DNA from: Octopus vulgaris
Taxonomy: Eukaryota
NCBI GenBank assembly: GCA_951406725.2
Contig: OX597814.1
Coordinates: forward strand, 222,332,001 to 222,396,000
Reading direction: 5' to 3'
Length of the DNA stretch: 64,000 bases
Position 1 is the first letter of the stretch; each line of letters opens with the position of its first letter. Position numbers and translations under genes: made by a program. Shown piece by piece: positions 26,590 through 40,490 of this stretch. A model generated the notes under the pieces. It did no database searches. It had not been told where the DNA came from and saw nothing but the letters and a program-made list of their open reading frames with translations.

Positions 26590-27563
26590 AAGGTCGGGTG
26601 AATAAAGTGGATGAGGAATTTCTTCCCAGCCAAGGTCTTCGACCTTCTGTGATATGACCTTTGCAGTGTGGCGTCGCGCATTGTCATGATGAAAAAATCA
26701 CTCTTTTCGATTCACTAAAGTAGCTCTTTTTTCTTCAAAGCTTGCTTCAAACGCTCTAATTGCTGACAATAGACTTGAGCATTGATTTTTGCATTAGGTG
26801 GTAACAATTCAAAGTAAATTATTCCTTTGCAATCCCACCAGGTAGAAAGAAGAAACATTTTTCCATGAAGGTTCCTTCTTGGTTTTAGTTTTACCAAGCC
26901 ACAGTTTACGACACTTTTCGTCACCTGTCACAAGTCTATCCAAAAAAAGGGTGAAATGAGTTCGCGAGAATGGAGAGAAGAGCAGATGTCAACTCGAGAT
27001 TTGCGGTTGCTTTCGGACAATTTATGAGGCACCCATTTTCCAAGTTTATGAACATTTCCAAGTTGTTGAAGATGATGATGAACAGTTGTATGGTTTAAAC
27101 TAAGCTTTATTGCCAATTCTTCAACTGATACTGCAGGATTTTCTTCATGTAATGCCACAAGGATCGTATCATCAAACTCAACTGGGCTCCTGTTCGATCT
27201 TCATCTTCAAGACTAAAATCTCCACTTCTGAACTTTGCAAACCATCTTCTGCAAGTTCTTTCATTCAAGCATTCTTTCCCATAAACTGAGTGTATGTTTC
27301 GAGTCTCTTCGGCTGCAGAGTTTCCTTTTTCGCACTCATAAAGCATTACGTACCTCAAATGCTCTTTGGATACTTCCATGTTAGAAAAGGTTTTAATCAA
27401 AGAAATTTTAATTATATTATTGTGGAAAATAATATTTAATTAACTTAAATGTACACAAATGCATAAAAATAATTTTTAATTCCATTAAACATTCTAAAAT
27501 ACTATTAAATTTCATTCAATTCTAAAAAAGGTAAAATCGGACAGAACTTATGCGATGACCTGA
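26590..27563 (-). mobile_element. Mariner (Mos1/SETMAR-type) transposase pseudogene, 3'-truncated, with 5' TIR
   Basis: ORF pieces HLRYVMLYECEKGNSAAE...WFAKFRSGDFSLEDEDRTG, KLGKWVPHKLSE, WWDCKGIIYFELLP...YCQQLERL, HHDNA; TIR ta-tcaggtcatcgcataagttctgtccgatttt at 27534-27563. Confidence 0.95.
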
Positions 27564-27747
27564 TAATTATATCTATAACTATGCATTGAGTTCTTTTTCT
27601 TTCAGTATTGCTGATGTTCAGTTATATGCTTGTGTGTGTGCGTGTGCGTGTGTATGTATGTATGCATTGAGTGTATGTGTATGAGTGTTTGTTCAAATAC
27701 ATGCGTCTGTTTCCCTTCGTGGTTGCGTATATGTGTACGTATAATTG

Positions 27748-27835
<88 letters not shown>

Positions 27836-28905
27836 CGTGTGTGTGTATGGTAAATTTATGTAGCATTGTATTGAAAATTTGGCTTTAGTTTATTTAATGA
27901 AATTAATCAGTTCTCACTTTAATTAAACTTAATTCGAACATTTCACTTCTTCACACGTATATAAGTGAAATCAGTTTTCTAAATCGTCTCTTTAATTAAG
28001 AAATACAACATTTCAGGTCTCTCTTGAATGAAGACAAGCGTAGTTTATATCTCGTCAATCACTGAATGTGATCCAGAGGGTTCCACACATAAGATCGATA
28101 TCATTCATATACAAGTGTACTACATATGCGTTATTTTTAGAGGGAGAGACTTACGATATTCATTATCTCTCAACGGATATGTTGGTTCATACGTTTAAAT
28201 CAGAATACATCAAAAAATGCCTCTATTCCTTGTTGAACATACTAGGTCTTCCAAGAAGACTAACAGCCAGAAAATTATTCGTGCTAAACTTAAGTACTAT
28301 ATTAAAAATAGGTATGTGATTATATTCATTCATACCCTGAATGAATTTAAGCTTTTCTGTACGATTACACAAACGAACCTGTAGCGGCATGGCAGCAGTT
28401 CAATGAGTGAAACGAGTTAAACTATGAAAGGTGAAGAGAAAATTAAAAGCAGCGTGTACTTTAACTGAAGTATATAGAGGAGGTGATAAGAATACTTCAG
28501 TGGCTTTGACTTTGTACAAAGCAAACGGCTAATACCGTTCTTCAGGACATTATATTCAGAATACTGGATTTTAAAATATTCCTGTGAACGCACGCCATAA
28601 ACCTGAATGGAATATATTGATTTCTTGCATAGGCAAAACACCTAAGATTCAGAAGTGTAAAGAAATAATTATTTCCCGCGTTTATTTCCAAAGATAATTA
28701 GTGGCCTCAGTAAAAGGAAATATTTACAGCAACGTTCTCTAACAGAGCATTGTTAAGCGTTGGATTACTGAAACTTTCATCAGATGATATATGGTTATAG
28801 ATATTTAATTACAATTAATACTCTTATAAATAAACAAGCATAACTCTTGCCTCTAAAAGTGTCATATTCGTTCATTTCAGAGAACAAGAGAGAATCATTA
28901 CATTA

Positions 28906-29377
28906 CGAGGTGGCATCAAAATGTTCCCGGACTAGTTATGTTTAATAAAAAATAATTTGTTCACCTAGGTTTTAGCATCATTTCCTTCGACATACACGCC
29001 TTGCGCAGCCATACACCGGTTTCAACGTTCCAGTCGGTTTGGCAATCCAGCCTGGAAGTCTTTTTCCGCAAGCCTGTCCTGGACCTTCTGCGATTCGCTT
29101 TGGATCTCGACAACAGTGTTAAAACGGTGGCTTTTGAACTTCATTTTCATCTTGTGGAAGAGATGGAAGTCTGCAAGTTCTAAATCTGGCAAATAGGACG
29201 GGTTTGGAAACGATACCATGTTATTTTTGGCGAAAAACTCACGAGTGAAGCGAGCTTACTGACAGGATGCATTATCATCGTGAAGAATTCAGTTCTTTGC
29301 GCTCCACAGATCTGGCCGCTTACGCCGAATGTCTTCTTTAATAGTTTCAAAATGTCAAACTTTTTGATACCACCCCG
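28906..29377 (-). mobile_element. Non-autonomous mariner deletion derivative with both TIRs and TA duplication
   Basis: ta-cgaggtggcatcaaaatgtt ... aactttttgataccaccccg-ta; the interior encodes only the transposase C-terminus (DNA...PSYLPDLELADFHLFHKMK). Confidence 0.9.
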
Positions 29378-29573
29378 TATGCTTACATTGACAAAAAAAT
29401 ACTGATTGTCTATAGAATGTTATGGCTGCTGTGCAAAAAAAAAAAAAGTAGCATTTCATCTCCTAATGTATCTAACATAAAAATGGTTTATATTATCATT
29501 TTACTTTATCACGCTACTCTCTAAATAGTATCGAAGCAGCAGTTCTTAAAATGAGTTATTTATCTGTAAATGA

Positions 29574-30358
29574 CAGGGTGTTCGGGGTAAATTCGACGAC
29601 TTTCTATTTCCAGGAACAGGTTTATGCATTGGGGAACAGTCAACGACGAAAGCATAAACATGAAATTTGTTGCTCAGAGAAAGTTAGCTGACATGGAGTA
29701 CTGGAAGCTATCTCGATATTGGAAAGGTGTTCCTGGTATCATGATAATTACTGGCGGATATCAAAAGGCTTGCATCATAAAGGGTGCTGCTCAAAATCTT
29801 TGTAAGCCACGTAAAAGCATTAAAACTTCAGACGCACAGCTACAACAGAGACTATGAAGCTGTGACTAGCAACAAGGGTCATTAGATGTTGTGACTTCAT
29901 CCGCACGGCGGAATTTATCCCCACATTTTTAAACAGGGCCTTAGCTTCAATTTTGCTGGAGACTGTGGTCAAGACCTGGCTGAAAAGGGTTGCTGCTTGA
30001 AGGCTCTATGTGTGATGGCAGGATTCTGTTCCTTGCCATACCTCTAGAAAGAATCAGAAGAGGTGGTCGGATAATTTTTGTGACTTCAGCAGCCCAATTC
30101 CCGACCTAATTCCCCCAATTGTAATCTTATGGATTACTATATATCGGGCACAGTGGAAGTGCTCCACGATATTCCCAGCGGCTCATTGTGGAACATATGC
30201 ATCAGAGCCACCTGGATTCTGCGTGTGCTACTTTGAATAAAATGTTATCTCTTAGCCACAATCTAGTTGGTATTTTTGATTTTTAAAAACATCTTTATTT
30301 TTGGATTGGATATAGTGTTTACTTTTCCTTTTATGTAAACTGTCAAATTTAGCCCGAA
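29574..30358 (+). mobile_element. Degenerate maT/DD37D-like Tc1/mariner element
   Basis: TIR remnants cagggtgttcggggtaaattcgac / gtcaaatttagcccgaa; peptide WQDSVPCHTSRKNQKRWSDNFCDF...PNSPNCNLMDYY; exact D-D spacing obscured by a frameshift. Confidence 0.75.
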
Positions 30359-30959
30359 AATATATTTCTGAATGAATGAGTGAATGAATGAATGAATGAA
30401 TGAATGAATGAATGAACGAATAAACAAATGAATGGATGAATATACATATGTCAATATTTTATTGTTTCATATATACAATAATGGAAGCGAATACGAAGAT
30501 TTTAGGCGCAGTTTTGCTATTTTGCTGTCATTAACATTTGTAAATTTTACAACCGTCATTCACTATAAGTGGAAGGTAATTTTACTTCATTAGAGGAAGC
30601 CAGTGTCAGATTTCAGGTTTTTCAGTTAGCCAATATATACGATATCGTAGCGTGGGAGTATGATTTGCTGTATACAATAGTCTAATCTCCCTTGTTTCAC
30701 ATAAAATATCGAAAATGAATTAATATTATACAATTCTAGACACCCACCAAGCATTGAAAGCTCACGGATTATTTAGAGCATAAAGCAGCTGAATTAAGAT
30801 TAGTCTGCAGTTAAACAATACTAAGGACGAATATATCACTACATTTATGAGCATAAGAAAACACCTACACACACACTAATATGTAAATGCAAATATGTGT
30901 GCGTGTGTATTCATGCAAGCATGCATAAATGTATGTATGTATTTGTGTGTTTGTGTGTA

Positions 30960-31703
30960 AACACCAGAGCCAGAGTTGGTGCGTGACCTGGGGTTTCACA
31001 TGAGCAATGATGCAACATTCCATGTGCATATTACCAAGGTGACAACACTGTGCAGGCTAGCGACTGAGTGGATTCTGAGGACATTCAGATGGAGGACTTC
31101 CGTTCTCAGCCGCTTGGATTGCTGACCGTTCCCAACTACGGTCCCCAGAGAGTGTGAAAAAAACTTGTAGAACTCGAAGCAATCCAGCGCCAACACACAA
31201 AGAAGATTTTCTCGACACACAATATGGGCTACACGGAGAGGCTAAAGGAGCTGAGTCCCTATTCCCGGGAGAGAAGACGAGAGAACTATGCGGTGATATA
31301 TATTTGGATGATCTTGGAGGGATTGGCTCCCACTTTTGAATTTGACAGCTATACCAATCCTCGAACTGAACAGAACTACATCATGCCAAAATCTCGTCTC
31401 CGCCATCTAAAAATAAGGACACACTACTGCATGGTCTGGGTTTCGAGGACCCGCAATTGTTCGACATCCTACCAGGCAATTTCAGGGATCTACGTGGTGT
31501 TGATGTGGATGTTTTCAAGGAACGTCTGGAAAGCTTTTCTATCTGAGATACCAGATGAACCCACATCACGGCAGGAGACATAAAGAAGAGCGGCTCCATC
31601 CAACTCCCTACTTCACCCAAAACAAAAGCGGAAACAACACAGAGTAACTACAGGTAGTGCACCAGCATGACTTCAGCCCTATAACTAATAAAAGATAAAA
31701 AAG
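30960..31703 (+). mobile_element. CR1-group LINE 3' fragment
   Basis: VRDLGFHMSNDATF..., MGYTERLKELSPYSRERRRENYAVIYIWMILEGLAP, FLSEIPDEPT; 3' end ggtagtgcaccagcatgacttcagc. Confidence 0.85.
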
Positions 31704-31789
31704 ATTACATATATATATATATATATATATACGGATGGATGGATGGATGTATTATATGGTGGAGTCTTCCATCAACTGTGCCGAACGGC

Positions 31790-31960
31790 TTCCATCAAAT
31801 CAACGTATCCTGAATAGGTAAACAGTGCACCACATCTCAGGCGTCAAAGTGATCGTAGAGCGATGTGAGATGAAGTGTTTTGCTCAAGAACACAACCACA
31901 CAGTCTAGAAATTCGAACTACGACCTCCCGATCGTACGTGCAACACCCTAGCTACTAGCA
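31790..31960 (-). mobile_element. Degenerate tRNA-derived SINE
   Basis: Minus strand tagtagctagggtgttgcacgtacgatcgggaggtcgtagttcgaatttc...ttgtgttcttgagcaaaacacttc, related to the family C head/core. Confidence 0.7.
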
Positions 31961-31991
<31 letters not shown>

Positions 31992-32690
31992 ATACACATT
32001 TATACGTAAGTATTTAAGTATTATGTAGATAGGTAGGTTGGTAGTTAGGTAGGTAGACTTACTACTTGCAAATCGTTACTGGTTAATACTTAATATTGAT
32101 ACTTTTTAGAATAATATCTCAAGTATTGAACTACAGTATCCTACAGGAAAGAATTTCATAGATCCTATGAGAAACTCATATATAACTGACCTTGGGGTTG
32201 CTAAGCAAAATATTCAAAATATTCAACACGCTTTCGTAATTGTCTCTGTTCTATATGATGTATACGATACTCTGAAGCATAGCAAGGTTTGCAAACGAAA
32301 ATACATTACTGAACTAATTTTTTTAAAATTCTTTATGGAAATTTTATTTATAGATTCTGTAAGATTAATTTTAGCAAGCTGGACTTTATGTCTCTCGGCG
32401 TCAAATTAGTATGCAGTATTTCATTAGATTTCATATACACATACAAAAGACGTTTTTAATTTTAAAAAAAAAATAATAATAAGTGCTTGAATATAGAGTT
32501 GTTCTGAAGGCTCACTTGAAAAGAATTTGGCTGAGTTGCCGATGGTCAAACATTTTAGTTAGAGACTGGGTTTATCAATGTTATAAATGGTTTACGCTGA
32601 ATTAATGTGTAATGTATCAAATTGTTTTTCTCTGGGTTATGCATACACGAATGTACAATAATGGTCAGACACGTGCATATATCTATCTGT

Positions 32691-32733
<43 letters not shown>

Positions 32734-32747
32734 ATAGATAGATAGAT

Positions 32748-32845
<98 letters not shown>

Positions 32846-32971
32846 TATATATATATATATATATAGATATAGAGAGAGAGACAGAGATAGATATAGATAT
32901 ATAAGAAATTCTTTGTGTAATAAGATAAAAAAAACAGGCGGTGTAGATATTAGAGCATTTAGAGATAGAAG

Positions 32972-33023
32972 GTCTTACAACTGTTTCTAGGATATTTATT
33001 AACTATATCCCTTCATCGGAGAC
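32972..33023 (-). ncRNA. Minimal type I hammerhead ribozyme motif (U4C variant) in a Penelope-like fragment (about 32905-33055)
   Basis: Minus strand GTCT-CCGATGA-A-GGGATAT-agttaataa-ATATCCT-A-GAAA-CAGTTG-TA-AGAC: stems I and II pair, near-palindromic stem III, GUA triplet; core is CCGAUGA rather than CUGAUGA. Confidence 0.75.
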
Positions 33024-33061
33024 GGTGTGAGAGGATAGTTAAGTCATAGTTATATATATAT

Positions 33062-33425
33062 TCTTTATTCTTTATTCTTTTACTTGTTTCAGTCATTTGA
33101 CTGCGGCCATGCTGGAGCACCGCCTTTAGTCGAGCAAATCGACCCCGGGACTTATTCTTTGTAAGCCCAGTACTTATTCTATCCGTCTCAGTTGCCGAAC
33201 CGCTAAGTGACGGGGGACGTAAACACACCAGCATCGGTTGTCAAGCAATGCTAGGGGAACAAACACAGACATACAATCACACACACACATATACATATAT
33301 AAGACAGGCTTCTTTCAGTTTCCGTCTACCAAATCCACTCACAAGGCATTGGTCGTCCCGGGGCTATAGCAGAAAACACTTGCCCAAGATGCCACGCAGT
33401 GGTACTGAACCCGGAACCATGTGGG
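33062..33425 (-). mobile_element. SINE family A, nearly full length (first about 35 nt of head missing)
   Basis: High-identity reverse complement of 58104-58518. Confidence 0.95.
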
Positions 33426-34263
33426 TTCATATATATATATATATATAATTTGAAGTATCTCATCTTATTGGCTTTGTTGTCTAGCATATGTCATATTCTA
33501 CAGGTCATGTATATGATACTAGCAGTGAATATTCCTGTCATAACTTACTGTCGTAGTGTCTCTATGCTCACATGACTCAATATGCGCTTAATATATTTAA
33601 TACATGTGATCTAGTATATAGTATGTCTTTTCGGCTATCGCTAACTAGCCATACAGCATTATACTGTTCGCTCTTAACTTTCCAAGTACGTGTCTATCTG
33701 TTCGCGGTTTTATGTAAGAAATATTATTTATGTTTATATATCACTCTTTGAATCAATAAATTTTATTCGAAATATTAGAGAGTTGGAAATCAGCGATACT
33801 CAAAAACGGGACAACATAATTGTAGTATCTTGCTTCTCTTTTTGTTCCCAGTTCGAATTCTACCGAGTTCGACTTTGGTAATTTGTAACCTCCGGAACGA
33901 TAAAGTATGTCCCAATGAATTACTTGAGTTTAGATAATAGACTCTGCCAATAAAATCTGTTGACTTCTGCCTAATATAGAAATCAATATTCGTTCTTTTC
34001 TATATGTCTTTCTTCTGTTTATACATTCAAGAACAATATATTCAATGAGGAAATAGACTTAATGTTCAATACATTATCATGGGAAGTTTATTCTGACTAT
34101 TCATTTCATTATTCGTCTCGTTAATGAACTAATGAATAAAGAAATGAAATCTCCATACACTTTCTTACATACGTGGAAAATTCAAATACATACACTCGCA
34201 CACACACTTATATCAATACTTTTTTGTTATACCAAATCATAAGCAAAAACATTTTCACATTAT

Positions 34264-34301
34264 AGGTGCAGGAGTGGCTGTGTGGTAAGTAGCTTGCTTA
34301 C
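34264..34301 (+). mobile_element. Isolated 5' head of SINE family A
   Basis: ggtgcaggagtggctgtgtggtaagtagcttgcttac, then an abrupt switch to unrelated sequence. Confidence 0.85.
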
Positions 34302-35145
34302 TACTAAGTTGTTTACGCGTTTTTTCTACGCTGAGAAAGTAACGTCGTTTGGCGTCGAAAATTTGAACATTTGAAGTACATCCACAGGTAAAGCATTTGT
34401 TTTTTGGGCCTCAGTGGGATCTGTTGTCCGTATTGTTTGTTATTTTTTCGAACAAGGGTCTCCATTGGATTCCAGACATTTGTTTGCCACTGGTCGTACT
34501 AAAAGACTCAATTGTGTGTTTTCGGGAGAGCGTCCCTCCCTCCGAAAATTTATGATTTTATGTGACTGTGTGCACTTCGTGGATTTTACTATTTGGAGGA
34601 ATTTTTTGCTGCCATTTTTGTGCTGCAAAGGATTACCAGAGTTGAATTTTGTTGTCATTTGAACTGTCGTCCTTCGTTCTTTTTCTTTTGTCTGTTTTTC
34701 TGTTCTTTTTTGTGTTCGCATTAGAGATTTTTACTTGAACATTTTTGATTTTGTTGTGAACTTTTATATTTTAGTTTATTTTATTAATGGCAACCAAAAG
34801 TAAGAAAGCCTTGGAGTGGCGAATTGTGGCCCCCAAGGAGTGGCTAAAAAAACCATGACGAGAAAATGGTGGTCTTGCGGACCTATTGCAAGATCCGCGA
34901 CACCATCTGTGTATTCTCTCAGAATGAAATTGAAGAAGAGTTGGCGGGGTTTGCGCCAACTTATAAGTTCATCCGAAGGTGTGTAAAGTTCGCAACGGTG
35001 TGCGTGCTTTCCGACACCCCTAGGGAGGCTCAGAAATTTGCGAGCCAACCTATAGATGGGAGGAAGGCTTTGTTTCTCCCTACTTATGGTGTGCGTAAAT
35101 CGACAAGAGCCTGGGTGTGTGGGCTGCCGCCCGGTATAGACGAGG
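34302..35145 (+). mobile_element. Probable Tx1/L1-like LINE 5' UTR and ORF1 start (truncated)
   Basis: T-rich leader, ATG at about 34787 (MATKSKKALEWRIVAPKEWLKK, frameshift) continuing ...LFLPTYGVRKSTRAWVCGLPPGIDE, resembling gag-like ORF1 'PTY.G.R...V.V..LPP' motifs; GC-rich relative to flanks. Confidence 0.55.
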
Positions 35146-35630
35146 TTCCACTATGCATTTTGGCCGGCGTGCTAGCGTTTCTTATTTCTTTATTGGCCAC
35201 AAGGGGCTAAACATAGAGGGGATAAACTAGGACAGACAAAGGGATTAAGTCGATTACATCGACCCCACTGCGTAACTGATACCTAATTTATCGGCTCCGA
35301 AAGGATGAAAGGCAAAGTCGACCTCGGCGGAATTTGAACTCAGAACATAACGGCAGACGAAATACCACTAAGCATTTTGCCCGGTGTGCTAACGTTTCTT
35401 ATTTCTTTATTGTCCACAAGGGGCTACACACAGAAGGGACAAACAAGGACAGAGAAACGGATCAAGTCGATTATATCGACCACAGTGCGTAACTGGTACT
35501 TAATTTATCGACTCCGAAAGAATGAAAGGCAAAGTCGTCCTCGGCGGAATTTGAACTCAGAACGTAGCGGCAGACGAGGTACCGCTAAGCATTTCTCCCG
35601 GCGTGCTAACGTTTCTGCCAGCTCGCCACC
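35139..35630 (-). mobile_element. Head-to-tail array of SINE family B (two units plus a truncated third) with Tx1-like tail
   Basis: Units 35630-35400 and 35399-35183 each end agccccttgtgg.caataaagaaata, and the next unit starts at agaaacg.tagcac. Confidence 0.92.
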
Positions 35631-36257
35631 TTTGTGTGTGTGTAATGTACGTATGAAAGCACTATATGAGCATAAAAACATTTGATAAATGATACATACT
35701 ATATACATATTCGGATTTAGATTGTAGCATTGTCTCACATCTAAATAGCGTGACGTTCAAAATAAATATATATTAGCTATCTTTTTGGAGATGATTGCTC
35801 AAATACACTGAGGTTAATTTTGCATGAGGACATTTAAAGGTCGATAAAAAAAGTACCAATCAAGTACTGGTGCTGATGATATCGACAAACTCTTCCACTC
35901 ACAACTGCTGGCTAAGTGCCAAAATTTAATATTAACACTTATATTCTCATTGTGAGTAAAAATAACTAATAATACAATTGCGTCCACGAAAATTAAGTCT
36001 TTCGATCACAGTGTCTCTTAATTATCCACTAGCACTAATTAGTTCTCATCCAAGCATAATTTTAATTATAGTCTACTGAATAAAGAAAAAAACAAAAAAA
36101 AAAAACAGAAATATTTCTGATTGTCTTTTAAGAAACTAAGTGACTCATGCTACTGTTGTCCGTAAAAGCGTATATTTTGAATCGTTCAATAAATCAGTAT
36201 TTATAAGACAATATCCACACAATTTTAAATTCTCTGATACGTAATTAGTACTGGTAA

Positions 36258-36639
36258 TCTCTCTCTATATAAAGCTGAAGTTGTCTGTGTATGGCAGGTT
36301 TAGTAGCCTATCACTATCTTCTCCGAGACCCTGCGGCGCAAGTTGACCAAAATTGAGAGTATGATAGAAGACTTGCTCTTCCTTCTGTAGAAGAAAAAAT
36401 TCAAATCGGACCATGTTAACGCCAAAAATTATTTACATCAAAAAGGTGCTTTTTTTCTATGAAAATCCTTATGTTTTACGATCTTTTACTTTTGTGTCGC
36501 CATTTTTCGGTGTATTTCCACCAGAAAAATGTTCACTTAAAGAGAATAATAAGCTGCATAATGCAAAATTTTTACTTTTCAAAAATTCCAATTCTAAAGG
36601 GTCGAAACAAACCCGAGCAACGCCGGCCGATACTGCTAG
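36258..36639 (+). mobile_element. Non-autonomous Helitron
   Basis: Starts A|TC(tctctctatataaagctgaag), ends with GC-rich subterminal hairpin cccgagcaacgccggc and CTAG|T; no TSD. Confidence 0.85.
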
Positions 36640-36984
36640 TATATTATAATAATGCGCTCATACAATAATTATACATCTGCATTTAGTTAACTACATATAT
36701 ACAAACATTGTATGTTTATACTGTTGAATGTATATTGCATAGCTGCAATGGCTACTACAGAAAATATTCGATGTTGTAACTTGAAAATGTGGCTTTTGTA
36801 AACCCTTTGATTAGCCCGGTGAAAATCAGTTGAAAGGGTTATTTCTTGTGAATACATTTAAGAACGTTCTTCTTTATACTTCGTTGAATTTCTTACCTGC
36901 TATGTGCATAAATCCTCAGTCATACAGTATTATATTCCCAATAGTCTTATCAGATACTTTGATCAGGACGTGCAATTCAAAGGG

Positions 36985-37031
<47 letters not shown>

Positions 37032-40000
37032 CCAAGCTGTGCATCAAACAAAGCATCATAAGCTGAAGAGTAGATTAATATGTTATTTAGATCTCGAGGT
37101 GATAGTACCTCAAAAGTTCAATCAAGAACTGTTCGATTAAGTACATAGTGATTAATTCTCTGAAAGCCCTATGTTCTACTATGCTTTAATACAGTGCATG
37201 AAGCACTTAAGAGCCCTTTTGAGCCCTGGATATCATATATATATATATATATATATCTCTATGTATGTATATCTATATCTATGAACAGATATATGAGTGT
37301 ATATATGCACACATATATCTATTTGTGTATGCATGTATAAATGCACATTCAAAATGACACAGACATAGACGACAACGCACACATATGCATGTTAACGAAT
37401 GTACATACACATATCCTCACAGAGTAATAAATTCATACATATATACTTATACATAGAATGAGTTCTTCATAGGCAGTAACACTGACGTAATATTCTGACG
37501 TGAATAAACCATTGAGCGATAAAGTCAACATGGTCGACTTTTCAGAAAAACACAGCTCGATAATCGGCATTTCGCTGAACCAAAGAATCCAAGGGTAAGC
37601 ATGCAATTCCCTTTTGTGAAGAGGTCAATTACTAATGTAAGTAGTATTGTTATTCAATATTCATGCTTGAAAGATCACATTTATTTCCTTCACGTAAATA
37701 GTACATTGATTTTGTAGCTTTAGAAATTTGAAGCAGTTGGAAATTTCAAGAAGTTGGAAATAAAATTTGGAAAATCGTAAAGAGAATTTATCAATGCTTT
37801 TATGTGAATACATGGCGCACAATTAAATGTTTATGGTAGATAGAAATACTCGGTACATGAGAATGTAATTCAAAAATATGCGCATTTAGGCTTTCCGTAA
37901 TTGTTCATTAGTTCTTTTAGTGTCTATGTAGATATGAGTAAACAGACTCATGCTAGCCTCCGTCTGCTCATCATTGGCACAAAGGCTTATCCGGGATGGG
38001 AGAGCTTTACGGCGCGAGTACTGGCACAGCATCTGATTGGTATTGACTTAATGCAGAGAACACTGGAACGACTTGAAATGAAGAAATTTGCTCAGCGCTC
38101 TGCTAGCTCCAGAAATGGAACTCAACCTTCAAGTCAAATGCTGCATACGCTAACCACTGGGCCGCGTTCATATGTGTATTTGCGCATCTACGTGTGTGCG
38201 TGTGTACTGGTGTGCGTATGTGTGTATGTGTATGTATGTATTTATGTATGTATGTTTGTATGTATGTTTGTATATATGTATGTATGTATGAATGTATGTA
38301 TGTTTGTATGTATGTATGTATGTATGTATGTATGTATGGTATGTATGGATGGATGTATGTATGTATGTATGTATGTATGTATGTATGTATAATAGAAACG
38401 TCTTTAGCCTAAATGTTAAGTCTTCTATACTTTCTCTCCTCACCGTCAGAAATATGGCTGAGAGCACCCCTTTTTTTTCAATCTACAATAATTCAGCATC
38501 AGATGTTCAGATATTCATCAACTTTTGTGCATTATTGTGAAAAACAGAGGACATGTGTTTTGATATTTATATATGAACAAGTACACCAACAAGTTTTGTT
38601 GGTGTATCTATCACGAATAGTGCAAGTAAAAGGAAGGTCGTTGCTCACGCGTGTGAGGACCGTAAAAAATTGTGGTTATTGAAGAGAGTAAAGATGATGA
38701 CCCAGAGACAGCAGTTTAGAAGATAAATGTTTCTCATGTCTCATGATTCAATAGTTGATAGAAATTGTAGTTATGATGGCTTAGTGAATGAAATACAGCA
38801 ATATAGGAAACTGAGTTACTGAGCTACAGTGGTAAGAAATCCGTATCGGTGAGATCTTGACGAGATGAATACTACATATATATATATATATATGTAAACG
38901 TGAACTATCAATGAATAATTGTAGAATTAATCTGAAACTGGTGAGCAGCGATGAGGCAAACTAAACGTTGGAGAAATACTGTCGAGAAATGGAAAAAATA
39001 AAACCGAGGGATTACTGTGATAACAGAAAATGGTGTATGGTGTCCATATTGAACCAAATTCTATTGATGTTAGCGTAGTGAGAGAACACTGCCCAATGGA
39101 ATTGCTTTCTCAATATAGATATATGTATGAGAATTATTTGAAAGCCGTTCGAAATATACACATGTAATATAATAGCATCGGTATAATAATAACTACTACG
39201 ATGACATTTTCCACAAATTCCCTTACAAAACAAGTTATATTTGATGAACAATCAATATTTATCCCAACTACAGCAATATATATGCAACATAATATAATAG
39301 AGTATAATTAAAAAATTATATCAAACTAAATAACTGAAAAGTTCTATAAAAATATTAAAGACAAATCTTTATACCGGCGTCTCCTAAACTTTAGTATTCT
39401 ATGTCAGAATATCTGTTTGCTTTATTCGATTGTATTGAATTTCAATATTTCTCACGAATAATTATGAATAGAAAAAAAGCGTTCAAGAAATATGCGACGA
39501 ATTTCCTCTATCGATTCGGAATGTTATTGTACAAAGTTTGACCTTAGTATCGTAGTTTATTCTTCTTTTAAAAATTGTCGTCGGCAGACTAAACAGCTGT
39601 GATTGTCGAGTAGACTTCTTTCGGTTTCCTATAAAAAGCCATTCAAACAATTATTTTGCCTCAAGAATGGAATTTATGACATTTGAACTTTCAGAATATA
39701 CGTTTCTTTGCCGAAAAATAATTTTCTCGCAAAAAAACAGTTATTACAATATTTCGTCGATGTTAACTTTACGTTTACAAATAGCGAACCTAAAATAAAT
39801 GCACGGCATTTAAGAAAGAAAATCATTAAACTGAATATAAAACTTTTAGAACTTTGTAAACTGGCGTGAGAAATGAGACATTACAATTTTGTATTTTAGT
39901 AATTATTATTTGAAGTAATATTTTCAGGTATTATTGCGATATTTCTCCACTGTTCAAGTATGAAATAATCCTAAATTATATTTGCTCTATCATTGAATTT

Positions 40001-40276
40001 CTTGCTTCAACCAGACTTTATAACAAAATCGTTTCATACAGTGATAAATTGGATAACTGAAGTGCTTTAGAAAAATTGTACTGAATATGATTTACACACG
40101 CAAATCAGAAGAGAATTGAGAATGGGATGAACATTTTCAATGAATTGTTACATGATGATATTTTAAAATAACTGAATGTTTTTAATAATTCATTCATATA
40201 CTGAAGGTTATTTTAACAGCACATGTACTCTTTCTCAATATGTTCTTTTCAATTTGGAATTCATTCAATTTATTTT

Positions 40277-40490
40277 TGTTTAATATGAGATTCGTTCAAT
40301 CTAAGACACTTTGTTGCGAATGTAGGTAGATTGTACCCATCTCTGCAATTTCATTATGTTTGCATATTCTACCGTATTATTCTGTTTAATATGAGATTCG
40401 TTGAATCGAAGACACTTTGTTGCGAATATAGGTAGATTGTACTCATCTCTGCGATGTCATTGTATCTGCATATTCTACCGTATATTCTGC
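40277..40490. repeat. Two-copy tandem repeat, unit about 106 bp
   Basis: tgtttaatatgagattcgtt.aatc.aagacactttgttgcgaat.taggtagattgtac...gcatattctaccgtat at 40277 and 40383. Confidence 0.92.
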
